This document shows, piece by piece, positions 39,098-48,867 of a DNA stretch of 64,000 bases. Made by a program: the position numbers and the translations under genes. The DNA is from Alphaproteobacteria bacterium. GTDB taxonomy: Bacteria; Pseudomonadota; Alphaproteobacteria; UBA7887. The stretch is from NCBI GenBank assembly GCA_965216755.1, contig CBDCGL010000011.1, positions 1,568,001 through 1,632,000 of the forward strand, written 5' to 3'. The number at the start of each line of letters is the position of its first letter. Position 1 is the first letter of the stretch. The notes beneath the pieces were generated by a model that saw only the letters and a program-made list of their open reading frames with translations, ran no database searches and was not told the origin of the DNA.

Positions 39098-40984
39098 TCA
39101 ATTCACGGCCCGAACCACCGCAGCTTCACCCTGCGCCGGGCCCAAACATGCCTCGATCTCCGCACGGCTTAAGGTTTCCTTGGCCTCAAGTTCGGCAACG
39201 AGACGCTCCATCTCCGGGCGATGTTCGCGAATTTGGGTTGCCGCACGCTCACCCGCCTCGGCAAGCAATTTGCGCACGGCTTCGTCGACTTCATGAGCCG
39301 TGGTTTCACTAAATCGACGCGGTTGCGCGATTTCCCGTCCCAAGAACGGATGTTCCTCACTTTGGCGCAGATCGATGGGGCCAATCGTGTCAGACATGCC
39401 CCAACGCGCGACCATCGCGCGGGCCAATTGCGTCGCCTGGCGAATATCGTCGTCCGCCCCAGATGAGACGTTGCCGAGAAGCTCATCTTCCGCGGTGCGC
39501 CCGCCAAGCATCACGGCAAGTCGATCGCGCAAATAGTCCTCGGGCAACGTATGACGCTCCTCCTCCGGTAGCATATGCGTGCCGCCGAGCGCGCGCCCGC
39601 GCGGAATAATGGTCACTTTGTAGAGCGCGTCGGCCTTGGGCAGAAAATGCGCGGTGACGGTGTGCCCCGCTTCGTGCACCGCCAATCGATGCCGCTCCTC
39701 CGGCAAAATGGCGAGCGTGCGGACCGCGCCCATCATGACTTTGTCGCGCATGTCGTCAAAATGGCGCGCGGTCACCGCGTCGGCGCCATCGCGCGCGGAC
39801 GCCATCGCCGCTTCGTTGACGAGATTCTTGAGATCGGCGCCAGAAAACCCCGGTGTGCCCGCTGCGAGAAGGCCGAGATCGACGTCCTTGGCCAGTGGCA
39901 CCTCGCGCACATGGACTTTGAGAATTTCCTCGCGCGCCTTTTTGTCCGGCAGTTCCAACGTCGCATGCCGATCAAATCGGCCCGGTCGCAGCAGCGCGGG
40001 GTCGAGCACATCGGGTCGATTGGTGGCCGCCAGCACGATCACGGTCTCACGACCGGTAAATCCGTCGAGCTCGGACAATATCTGATTCAGAGTCTGCTCG
40101 CGCTCGTCGTGGCCACCGCCAAATCCCGCGCCGCGGACGCGGCCGACAGCATCCAATTCGTCGATGAAGATAATGGCCGGCGCCCGTTTCTTCGCCTCGT
40201 CGAACATTTTGCGCACCCGCGACGCACCTACGCCGACGAACATTTCGATGAACTCCGATGCCGAGATATGGAAAAATGGCACGCCGGCTTCACCAGCAAG
40301 AGCGCGAGCCAGCAACGTTTTTCCTGTGCCGGGTGGGCCGACCAGCAGCACACCACGGGGCGGTTCTGCCCCGAGCTTGCGATAACGTTCTGGCGTGCGC
40401 AAAAAATCGACGAGCTCGGAGACCTCCTTTTTTGCATTGTCCTGGCCGGCAACATCGGCAAACGTGACCTTTTTTTGGCCCTTTTCCTCTTTCTTCGCGG
40501 AACCGGACAGAAAGTCGCCAAGATCGCGGCCGCCAAGTCGCCCGACCATGTTCTTTTGCATCCGGCTCCAAAACCAGAAATAGAGACCCAAGAAAAAGAG
40601 CCATGGCAAAAGGGCGGAAAACCATCCAAGGCCCCCATCTGCACCTGGTAAGTTCTCGATCTCGACGCCGAATTCCTCCAGATGCGGCAGCAATGTCGGG
40701 TCACCCACCTCTGGCAGCCTGGTCCGGATCTGCCGGACCGCGGTTGCCGTGTCTCCAACCACCTGTGGTTGGGTCAGCTCTGCCGTCGCCTCATTGCCTC
40801 GCAGTGCGACCTTCGCGACTTTGCCTGTTGAGACCAACGACTTGAACTGGGAATAGGTGACAGCCGCGCCCGACTCAATCTCTGCCTGTTGAGCCCCGTA
40901 GAACAGGGTGAGCAACACGACAGCGCCGACTAGGGCGGCCAATAGCCAGGACGGCGTTCGATTCATAGCGTCCTTCCAATCCAC
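39098..40984 (-). CDS. ftsH: ATP-dependent zinc metalloprotease FtsH
   Basis: Two TM segments, [23 protein letters not shown] and HEAGH motifs. Confidence 0.95.
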   Translation of the reverse strand: MDWKDAMNRTPSWLLAALVGAVVLLTLFYGAQQAEIESGAAVTYSQFKSLVSTGKVAKVALRGNEATAELTQPQVVGDTATAVRQIRTRLPEVGDPTLLPHLEEFGVEIENLPGADGGLGWFSALLPWLFFLGLYFWFWSRMQKNMVGRLGGRDLGDFLSGSAKKEEKGQKKVTFADVAGQDNAKKEVSELVDFLRTPERYRKLGAEPPRGVLLVGPPGTGKTLLARALAGEAGVPFFHISASEFIEMFVGVGASRVRKMFDEAKKRAPAIIFIDELDAVGRVRGAGFGGGHDEREQTLNQILSELDGFTGRETVIVLAATNRPDVLDPALLRPGRFDRHATLELPDKKAREEILKVHVREVPLAKDVDLGLLAAGTPGFSGADLKNLVNEAAMASARDGADAVTARHFDDMRDKVMMGAVRTLAILPEERHRLAVHEAGHTVTAHFLPKADALYKVTIIPRGRALGGTHMLPEEERHTLPEDYLRDRLAVMLGGRTAEDELLGNVSSGADDDIRQATQLARAMVARWGMSDTIGPIDLRQSEEHPFLGREIAQPRRFSETTAHEVDEAVRKLLAEAGERAATQIREHRPEMERLVAELEAKETLSRAEIEACLGPAQGEAAVVRAVN

Positions 40985-41103
40985 GGCAGGCGCTTTTCGG
41001 CAATCTTATCCATTTCAGCCCCCTTTTCTATCCCGCTGAGCGCCCCGATTGGTTGATCTGAATTACAGTTCTGGATCATGACACGTGCGACCATGCAGTC
41101 CCC

Positions 41104-41544
41104 ATGATCAAGCAATCATCCGGCAAGTTGCCGCGCTGGGAGCATTTTCCCCACGATGCGGACATCGGCGTGAGAGGCGTTGGCGCAACCAAGCCCGATG
41201 CGCTGGCCCAAGTCGCGTTGGCGATGACCGCTGCCGTCACGGATCCCAGCCATATCGAACCGCGGGATCGCGTAGACATTCAATTTCGGCACGGTGATGA
41301 CTCACTGCTTTTGTACGACTGGCTCAATGCACTCGTCTTCGAAATGGCGGTCCGTTCCATGTTGTTCAGCCGCTTTGACATCGTCCTTGAAGCGGATCGC
41401 CTAACGGCAACCGTTTGGGGCGAATCCGTAGATCCTGACCGGCATCAGCCGGCCGCCGAAATCAAAGGCGCAACCTTCACCGGATTGCGGCTTGAACCAG
41501 ATGCGGACGGCCACTGGATCGCCGAGTGCGTCGTGGACGTTTGA
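41104..41544 (+). CDS. Archease
   Basis: WEHFPHDADIG, EIKGAT and C-terminal VVDV motifs; directly upstream of rtcB. Confidence 0.92.
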   Translation: MIKQSSGKLPRWEHFPHDADIGVRGVGATKPDALAQVALAMTAAVTDPSHIEPRDRVDIQFRHGDDSLLLYDWLNALVFEMAVRSMLFSRFDIVLEADRLTATVWGESVDPDRHQPAAEIKGATFTGLRLEPDADGHWIAECVVDV

Positions 41545-41556
41545 TCGCGGGGCGCC

Positions 41557-42987
41557 ATGGATCGAAGCTCACTGACCCGCGTCGATGACACGGTATGGCG
41601 CATTGAACCATCCGGCGCAATGCGGGTTCCCGGCATTATTTATGCCAGCGAAGACCTCATCAGCGAAATGGACGAGAAAGTCCGCGAGCAGGTCGCCAAT
41701 GTTGCCACCCTCCCCGGCATTGTTACGGCATCCTATGCCATGCCCGACGCGCACTGGGGTTATGGCTTTCCAATCGGCGGGGTCGCGGCCTTTGATGCGG
41801 ACGCGGGCGGTGTTGTCTCCGCCGGTGGCGTGGGTTTCGATATTTCGTGTGGCGTCCGCACGCTGCTGACCGGCCTCCCCGAAACCGACGTGCGCGCGCG
41901 CGCCCAGGATCTTGCCAAAGCCCTATTTGAAACGATCCCGGCGGGCGTCGGCAGCAAGGGGCGAATCAGCCTTGAACCCGCCGCGATGGACGCCATGCTG
42001 GAAGGCGGTGCCCGTTGGGCGGTCGACCAAGGCTGGGGCCTAAGCGAAGATCTGGATCGCATCGAGGAACATGGGTGCGCGGCCGGGGCCCGGCCCGATT
42101 GCGTGTCAGAGCAGGCCAAGAAACGCCAGCGTCGAGAGATGGGCACTTTGGGTTCGGGCAATCATTACCTCGAAGTTCAAACCATCGCCGAGATTTTCGA
42201 TGCCGCCACTGCGGCGCGTTGGGATCTGCGCGCGAGCGACGTGATCGTGACCATTCACTGCGGATCACGCGGTCTTGGCCATCAGATCGGCACCGATTTT
42301 CTGCGTGAGATGGTGGTGGCGGCCGCCGAGCACGGCATCATTCTGCCGGATCGTGAACTCGCTTGTGTGCCGATCAAATCCGAAATCGGCGCCCGCTATC
42401 TTGGCGCCATGCGCGCTGGCATCAATTGTGCGCTCGCCAATCGGGAAATCATCGGTCACCTCACACGCCACGTTTTTGCCGAGCTGCTTCCTTCAGCGTC
42501 GATGACGCTGCTCTACGACGTTTCGCACAACACCTGTAAGGTCGAACAACACCACGTCGAGGGCAAGCAGCGGTCGCTTTTTGTTCACCGCAAAGGCGCC
42601 ACGCGCGCGCTCGGTCCCGGACATCCGAACTTGCCAACGGCCTTTGCCGAGACCGGACAACCGGTTCTGATCGGCGGCAGCATGGGCACCTGCTCTTATA
42701 TACTCGTCGGTACCGAGGCCGGACTCGCGCGCTCGTTTGGGTCCGCCTGCCACGGTGCCGGTCGGGCGATGAGCCGTCACCAAGCGCGCAAACGCTGGCG
42801 CGGCCGCGATGTCTCCGAAGCCCTCGAGGCGCGCGGCATCTTCGTGCGCAGCCCAAGCGCGCGTGGTGTCGCCGAAGAGGCGCCCGGCGCTTACAAGGAC
42901 GTCACCGTCGTCGTGGCGGCGACCGAACATACGGGGCTGGCGCGTCGCGTGGCACGACTTGACCCCATGATATGTATCAAGGGCTGA
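41557..42987 (+). CDS. rtcB: RNA ligase RtcB (archaeal/eukaryotic-like type)
   Basis: MPDAHWGYGFPIG, GFDISCG, GTLGSGNHY, HCGSRG, HRKGAT and HGAGR motifs. Confidence 0.95.
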   Translation: MDRSSLTRVDDTVWRIEPSGAMRVPGIIYASEDLISEMDEKVREQVANVATLPGIVTASYAMPDAHWGYGFPIGGVAAFDADAGGVVSAGGVGFDISCGVRTLLTGLPETDVRARAQDLAKALFETIPAGVGSKGRISLEPAAMDAMLEGGARWAVDQGWGLSEDLDRIEEHGCAAGARPDCVSEQAKKRQRREMGTLGSGNHYLEVQTIAEIFDAATAARWDLRASDVIVTIHCGSRGLGHQIGTDFLREMVVAAAEHGIILPDRELACVPIKSEIGARYLGAMRAGINCALANREIIGHLTRHVFAELLPSASMTLLYDVSHNTCKVEQHHVEGKQRSLFVHRKGATRALGPGHPNLPTAFAETGQPVLIGGSMGTCSYILVGTEAGLARSFGSACHGAGRAMSRHQARKRWRGRDVSEALEARGIFVRSPSARGVAEEAPGAYKDVTVVVAATEHTGLARRVARLDPMICIKG

Positions 42988-43020
42988 TGACGCCGCCGTC
43001 GGACCGGGGAAGACCCTATG

Positions 43021-43899
43021 TCAACGCGGTGTCACCTCGTCCCGCGCGAATGTCGGGTCCGATTGGTCGCGTGGGATGGCGGACATCGACGAAATCTCGC
43101 GGCGAAGTGCAGCAACTTCGGTGACTAACGCCCGAAGCGCCAGATCATGGGCAATCGCTTGATCTTGCTCCTCCTCCGCCGCGGCTTCGTGCATGGAGTT
43201 GACGATGATCGCAATAAACAAATTCAACACCGCGAATGTCACGATCAGAATAAAAGGCACAAAGAAGGCCCAAGCGTAAGGATGTAGCGCCATCACCGGG
43301 CGCACGATCCCCATTGACCAGGACTCCAGCGTCATAATCTGAAACAGCGTGTACGCCGACCGCCCGATCGTTCCGAACCAGGCGTCAAAGTCTGCACCGA
43401 ACAACTTTGTGGCCATAACCGCGGCGACATAGAAGACCAAACACAATAGGGCCAAGACGGACCCCATGCTCGGGATTGCCTGTAGCAGCGCCTGAATAAC
43501 GACGCGCATGCGGGGAACCACCGAAATGAGGCGCAGCGCCCGCAAAATACGCAATGCGCGGAGTACCGAAATGCCGTCGCCGGTTGGCGCCAATGAAACG
43601 GCCACGATCGCAAAATCAAACAGGTTCCACGGATCTCGGAAAAAGCGAAAGCGATAGACAACAAGCTTGATGGCAATCTCGACAACAAAAATGGTCAAAG
43701 CCATGGCGTCGAGCACGCGTAACAGACTGCCGGCCGCAGCCATGGCGGTCGACGATGTTTCGAGGCCGATAACGATGGCGTTGACCACAATAACGGCGAT
43801 GATCGCTTTGCGTGTCAGCCCGGCCTCGATGAAACTTTGCAGTCGGCTCATCGCGCCCAGCGGCGCAGCCTCCACATTTGCGTCGTCAGTCATCGCCAA
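43021..43899 (-). CDS. Bacterial voltage-gated sodium channel (BacNav)
   Basis: S4 LRALRILRALRL, selectivity filter TLESWSM, S6 LNLFIAII, C-terminal coiled coil. Confidence 0.92.
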   Translation of the reverse strand: MAMTDDANVEAAPLGAMSRLQSFIEAGLTRKAIIAVIVVNAIVIGLETSSTAMAAAGSLLRVLDAMALTIFVVEIAIKLVVYRFRFFRDPWNLFDFAIVAVSLAPTGDGISVLRALRILRALRLISVVPRMRVVIQALLQAIPSMGSVLALLCLVFYVAAVMATKLFGADFDAWFGTIGRSAYTLFQIMTLESWSMGIVRPVMALHPYAWAFFVPFILIVTFAVLNLFIAIIVNSMHEAAAEEEQDQAIAHDLALRALVTEVAALRREISSMSAIPRDQSDPTFARDEVTPR

Positions 43900-44540
43900 A
43901 TCGGCCTGAATTGGTCGCTTTTTCGATCCAACCCGTGCAGCCGGCCGTCCGCGATATCGAAATAGGCCCCGCGCAAACGCAAAAGCCCGGCCGCGAGCCG
44001 CTCATTCACGAAGGGAAACGTCCGCAAATTCTCCAAAGATTGGCGGATAGAAGCATGTTCAAGCACCTGCTGCTGCACCTCGAGCGAAGCTTCAGCAGTC
44101 GCGCCGAGTGCCTCAATGTGCGCGGGGTTCAACAGGGACATCCAGCGTTCAATGAACATGGATCCTTGAGAGCGATCTTGAAGCCCATCCAAGAAAGCGC
44201 GAACGCCACCACAACGGGCATGGCCCAAGACCAATATGTTCTCAACGTCCAGACCGTTGACTGCAAATTCCAAAGCGGCACTGGTGCCGTGATAGTCGCC
44301 GTGTCGCTCGAACGGCGGGACCAAATTGGCGACATTGCGCACGATGAACAGCTGACCGGGGCCCGCGTTGAATATGGCCGCGGGGTCGACGCGACTATCG
44401 CAGCAGGCAATCACCATCGTTTTCGGCGCTTGGCCCGCATCCGCTAGTGCTCGATAGACGGCAGCTTCTTGGGGATATCGTTTTTCAAGAAAGTCCTTAT
44501 ACCCGTTTACCAATTCAGCGATATCGTGCACGGTCAACAC
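43890..44540 (-). CDS. Beta-carbonic anhydrase
   Basis: GQAP, CCDSRV, RNVAN, SAALEFAV and GHARCGG zinc-ligand motifs. Confidence 0.93.
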   Translation of the reverse strand: MLTVHDIAELVNGYKDFLEKRYPQEAAVYRALADAGQAPKTMVIACCDSRVDPAAIFNAGPGQLFIVRNVANLVPPFERHGDYHGTSAALEFAVNGLDVENILVLGHARCGGVRAFLDGLQDRSQGSMFIERWMSLLNPAHIEALGATAEASLEVQQQVLEHASIRQSLENLRTFPFVNERLAAGLLRLRGAYFDIADGRLHGLDRKSDQFRPIWR

Positions 44541-44657
44541 CTCGGTTCAGTGGTTGGCCTGGGGCGAGGTCCTAAGACGGCCTGGGGTGAGTTATTGACC
44601 ATCACCCTGATAGCAGCGTCCCCATTCAAAAGCACCCCTCCCGGGAACGGCGACGCC

Positions 44658-45524
44658 TTAATTCATGGTCTTGGGCGGCGGTGCCTGGGCATAGTATCGT
44701 CGGCACTCGCCTTCGCGACCGCGAACCACGCGTTCACCGACAAGAACGCCCCGGGTCTCTGTCACAATCGTGCGCTGACCTTCTGCATGATCATCCGAGT
44801 GGAAATAGACGACGACCCAATCGTGCGTGCGCCCCAGATCGTGGGCGCGCGCTGTATTGGAGAACAACACAGTGAAATGCCAGCGGCCGCGGTTGGTGTG
44901 AAGGATCGGCAGCCACGCTTCGGCGCTTGGGTTGAAACGCCGGGGCGCGATCGTACGCAGCTGGCCGGCCGCCGCTTTCTCGCGATATTCGCGATCCACA
45001 TCGAGCAAGGCGTCGATCGGCGGTTCCGTCGCCGTCGCCGGCCGCGGCCTTGGGCGTGCACGTTTCAGCATTTCCGCCAAGGATGCACGAACCATGGCTG
45101 CGCGCCTGGAGCCGACCCCGGGTACAGCGTCAAGCCGGCCGTCATGGGCAGCTATTTCTAGGGCTTCGAGTGTGTCGATGTGCAAAGTGTCGTGAATACG
45201 TTCGGCAAACTTCGGGCCAATCCCGGGAACCGTCTGAAACAATCGCTCCGGCCGCGATTCGCCCCGTAGCCGCTCCAGTAGACTCGATCGGCCGGTCCGG
45301 AGAATTTCCTCAATCGTGTTCGCGATCGATGGCCCGATACCTGGCAACGCAACCAGGCCTTCATGACCTGCCCGCTGAACCAATTCGCCGACATCGTCAT
45401 CAAGTTCGACTACGGTCTTAGCGGCACGGCGATAGGCGTTTTGACGGAATGGGTTCGCGCCTTGACCGGCAAGCAAAGCGGCGATTTGGTCGAGTATGTC
45501 GGCGATATGGCTATTTGGCGACAC
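44658..45524 (-). CDS. Helix-hairpin-helix DNA-binding protein (PolX N-terminal-like) with an unassigned C-terminal domain
   Basis: NPFR..AYRRAA; three HhH motifs (LPGIG, VPGIG, VPGVG); no polymerase DxD or PHP domain. Confidence 0.82.
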   Translation of the reverse strand: MSPNSHIADILDQIAALLAGQGANPFRQNAYRRAAKTVVELDDDVGELVQRAGHEGLVALPGIGPSIANTIEEILRTGRSSLLERLRGESRPERLFQTVPGIGPKFAERIHDTLHIDTLEALEIAAHDGRLDAVPGVGSRRAAMVRASLAEMLKRARPRPRPATATEPPIDALLDVDREYREKAAAGQLRTIAPRRFNPSAEAWLPILHTNRGRWHFTVLFSNTARAHDLGRTHDWVVVYFHSDDHAEGQRTIVTETRGVLVGERVVRGREGECRRYYAQAPPPKTMN

Positions 45525-48324
45525 GCTCTACCGGCTCCCCACGACGCACATGCCCATCAGTGTGGTTGGTTACCAACTTCAAGATTTCCATTACGACTAG
45601 CAAGGTTGCGGCAATTGCCGCCACTGTCAGCCAGTCGCGCCAACCAATGGGCGCTACGTCCAAGACTCCGCTGAAACCGGGCGTGTACATCGCTACAATA
45701 TGTAGGCCCTGCGCCGCAAATATGGCGAGTATCAGAAACGGGTTCGCCGATAGTGGCACACGAAACACCGAACGCCGCTCCGAACGCGCGTTCAGAGCCT
45801 GCACATTCTCAAACAACACCATGAGCAGCAGCAACAGGTTTCGCGCCGCCGCCTCGCTCATCCCGCTGTCCAATGCCCAACTGTAAAATGCAAAGGCCGC
45901 GACGCCCATGTACGTCCCGCCGACAATGACCTGCAGGATCATCCGGTGCTCGAACAACGGTTCTGTCGGCGGTCGTGGCATTCGCCCAAGAACATCCGGC
46001 TCGCCCTTTTCGAACGAAAGGGCGACGTCTTGAATGCCGTTGGTCACCAGGTTTAGCCACAATAATTGTATGGCAAACAATGGTAACGGCAAACCGGTGG
46101 CGATCGAAAGCAAGAACAACACGATCTCGCCGAGGCCCGTCGTGATAAGGAGAAAAACAAGTTTGCGAACATTGTCGTAGGCAATGCGCCCTTCTTCCAC
46201 GCCGGAAACAATGCTCGCGAAATTGTCGTCGGCCAAAATCAAATCGGCAGCGCCGCGCGCGGCATCGGTGCCGCTTTCGCCCATGGCCACGCCGATATCG
46301 GCGGCTGACAGTGCCGGGGCATCATTAACGCCGTCACCGCTGACCGCGACCAGTTCCCCCCGACGTTGCAACGCCTGTACAATTGACAGCTTTTGAACCG
46401 GGTCGATGCGCGCAAATACGCGGGCGCCACCGACCAAAGAGTCGAACACGGTTTGGTCATCTGCGGCATCGCCGAGCTCACTGCCACTAACGACCTGTGT
46501 TCGGTCGCCGGTGATGCGCAGTTCACGCGCGATCGCCAGGGCCGTGCTGGGGTGATCGCCAGTGACCATCCGCACGTCAACGCCTGCCGACCGACATCGA
46601 TCTATGGCCGCAGGGACCTCTGGCCGGACGGGGTCTATTAGGCCGACGAGTCCGAGCACCGTCAGCCCCCTTAGCGCCTCTATCTCCGGCGATAGAGCGC
46701 GTTCAATAGACATGGTCCCGCGCGCGACGGCCAAGACTCGATATCCCGCGGCAGCCATGTCCTCGGCGGCGGCCTGGATTGGCGCGCGGGCTGGGCCATC
46801 GCACATATCCAGAATAACCTCCGGTGCGCCCTTGACATGGGCGACTGCCACAGCCTTTTCATGCTCTTTGGGTGCAGCGCCAGCCGTGAATACAGCACCA
46901 AATCGACGGCGTGGTTCATAAGGAAGCAAGCCCAGACGCGGATGTGCTTCTTGCAATACGCGATAGTCGAGTCCGAGCTTGGCGGCAAAAACAAGCAGCG
47001 CGACGTCGACGGTATCGCCCAAATGCTCAACCTCGTGCGCCCGCACTCGCAGGCTGGCTTCGTTACACAGTGCAGCACTTGTCGCAAAACCTCTCAACAG
47101 ATCGTCGATATCCGCTGAGAGTGCGCGGCCGTTCAGTGTTGCACCACCCTGAGGCAGATATCCTTGACCACCCACCTCGACCAGGTCCGGTGGTGCAGCA
47201 TCACCGAACAATCGGACCCGTTTTACCGTCAGCTCGTTGCACGTCAAGGTGCCGGTCTTGTCGCTGGCAATCAGCGTGCACGCGCCAAGGCCTTCAACCG
47301 CCGGCAGGGCGCGGACAATCACATTGCGGCGCGCCATGCGCGTCGCGGCAATCGACAAGGCGACGGTGATCGCCACTGGCAATCCCTCCGGAATGGCCGC
47401 AACGGCCAACGCCACGGCCACCAAGAAAACTTGGACCAGCGGTAAACCTTGAAGGAGTTGAACGGCAGCAATTAAGGCAATGAACAACAACGTCGCAACG
47501 CCGATCACCCGGCTGAACCGCTCCAGGCGTGTGACCAAGGGCGGCGGCGCCACGTCGCCACGTGCCAGCGCTGCAGCAATCTGGCCAACCTCCGTCCCCG
47601 ATCCGATGACGGCAACGACGCCACTGACGCGCCCGGACAAGACGGTCGTCCCTGCGTGCAGCATGTTGCGCCGTTCGGCGATGGGAATCGAGTCACGCGC
47701 CATCGCCGCGGCGTCTTTCGCCACGGGGGTCGATTCGCCCGTGAGAAGTGATTCGTCGACAGTGAGTTCCGTAACTGAAAGTACTCTAATATCCGCCGGC
47801 ACCAAGGCACCTGAGCCCAGGGAAACAATGTCTCCAGGCACCAAGTCCGATGCATCCACCCGCCGGGCAACGCCATCTCGGCGGGCAACCGCGATATTGC
47901 GCACCAGCACATCCAAGGCGGCCGCCTGGCCTTCCGCTTGCCTCTCCTGATAGGTTCCGATCGCCGCATTCAGCTGTATGACAATGAAAATAAAAAAGGC
48001 GTCGGCCCACTCGGCCATGCCAACCGACACCACCGTGGCGAGCAACAAGAGATAAACAAGTGGATTCTTGAATTGCCTGGCATAGATGACTGCAAGACTT
48101 GCGCGCTTTCGTCGCGGCAAGATGTTGGCGCCGAAAACACGTCGCCGCGCCTGCGCCTCGGGGGAGGTCAAACCATCCTCCGTGGTCCGCAATTGCGCCA
48201 ACGCCTGATCCCGGCGTAAGGCGTGCCACGCACCATGCGCGTGCGCGCCAGGAATCAATGTCGGCTTGTCGCTTGGCTCAGTTGTTGAACGTCCTTCTAT
48301 CGCCGACATGTCCATTCCGCTCAC
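45511..48324 (-). CDS. Cation-transporting P-type ATPase (type IIA-like)
   Basis: LTGES, PEGLP, DKTGTLT, KGAPE, MVTGD and GDGVNDAP motifs. Confidence 0.95.
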   Translation of the reverse strand: MSGMDMSAIEGRSTTEPSDKPTLIPGAHAHGAWHALRRDQALAQLRTTEDGLTSPEAQARRRVFGANILPRRKRASLAVIYARQFKNPLVYLLLLATVVSVGMAEWADAFFIFIVIQLNAAIGTYQERQAEGQAAALDVLVRNIAVARRDGVARRVDASDLVPGDIVSLGSGALVPADIRVLSVTELTVDESLLTGESTPVAKDAAAMARDSIPIAERRNMLHAGTTVLSGRVSGVVAVIGSGTEVGQIAAALARGDVAPPPLVTRLERFSRVIGVATLLFIALIAAVQLLQGLPLVQVFLVAVALAVAAIPEGLPVAITVALSIAATRMARRNVIVRALPAVEGLGACTLIASDKTGTLTCNELTVKRVRLFGDAAPPDLVEVGGQGYLPQGGATLNGRALSADIDDLLRGFATSAALCNEASLRVRAHEVEHLGDTVDVALLVFAAKLGLDYRVLQEAHPRLGLLPYEPRRRFGAVFTAGAAPKEHEKAVAVAHVKGAPEVILDMCDGPARAPIQAAAEDMAAAGYRVLAVARGTMSIERALSPEIEALRGLTVLGLVGLIDPVRPEVPAAIDRCRSAGVDVRMVTGDHPSTALAIARELRITGDRTQVVSGSELGDAADDQTVFDSLVGGARVFARIDPVQKLSIVQALQRRGELVAVSGDGVNDAPALSAADIGVAMGESGTDAARGAADLILADDNFASIVSGVEEGRIAYDNVRKLVFLLITTGLGEIVLFLLSIATGLPLPLFAIQLLWLNLVTNGIQDVALSFEKGEPDVLGRMPRPPTEPLFEHRMILQVIVGGTYMGVAAFAFYSWALDSGMSEAAARNLLLLLMVLFENVQALNARSERRSVFRVPLSANPFLILAIFAAQGLHIVAMYTPGFSGVLDVAPIGWRDWLTVAAIAATLLVVMEILKLVTNHTDGHVRRGEPVERVAK

Positions 48325-48519
48325 GGCTCAAAGCTTGGTCCGACAGTGGAAATCAATCGCAATCATGGTGATTTTTTGTTGCGGCTATTTGCCAGCTCTC
48401 AATCTCCTTGAACTGATGCATGAGGTCGATCGACACCTGCGCCACGCTCACGAAATCCGTTAAAGCGCGACGAAAAGAACCGGGATGGCAACGTCTCTGT
48501 AACTGATTCTGGACTCCAG

Positions 48520-48810
48520 CTAACCTTGTGCCACTTCAGCGGACCAATCGACCGACCGCGCCCCTTCGCCCAACGCGCGCGGTTGGTGGGCGAACTCAAC
48601 GAACCGTTTGAGGTCTTCAAGGGTCGCGCGTGCGCTGGACGCGGTCGAAGTTTGCGTCGGCCCCAGCGCTGAAAGGACGGACTCCAACGCCGCATCGACC
48701 TGATGATAGCTGACCGCGTCGGCGCGGATCAGCATTTCCAGTAGCACCTTGTTTACGACCGTCAGTGCGGCCAACCGCGCCTCGACCGTATCCTTACCTT
48801 GCGCGTTCAT
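48520..48810 (-). CDS. Hypothetical protein
   Basis: 96 aa helical ORF with AGAGGG RBS. Confidence 0.55.
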   Translation of the reverse strand: MNAQGKDTVEARLAALTVVNKVLLEMLIRADAVSYHQVDAALESVLSALGPTQTSTASSARATLEDLKRFVEFAHQPRALGEGARSVDWSAEVAQG

Positions 48811-48867
48811 GCTGCCCTCTTTGGACCTTCTTAACTAAGCCAAACGAAAAAATGGCACACGCTCGTG

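Noticed and set aside
39575-40651. 358-aa antisense ORF over ftsH, and similar shadows at 9399-10379, 48865-49662 and 53425-54267
   Set aside because: They lie fully opposite well-supported genes in GC-rich DNA and show no independent coding signal
48408-48421. FixK-like site TTGAACTGATGCAT upstream of the ATPase, and TTGAATGTGCGCAC near 19032
   Set aside because: Mismatched half-sites that could arise by chance; a position-weight-matrix scan is needed
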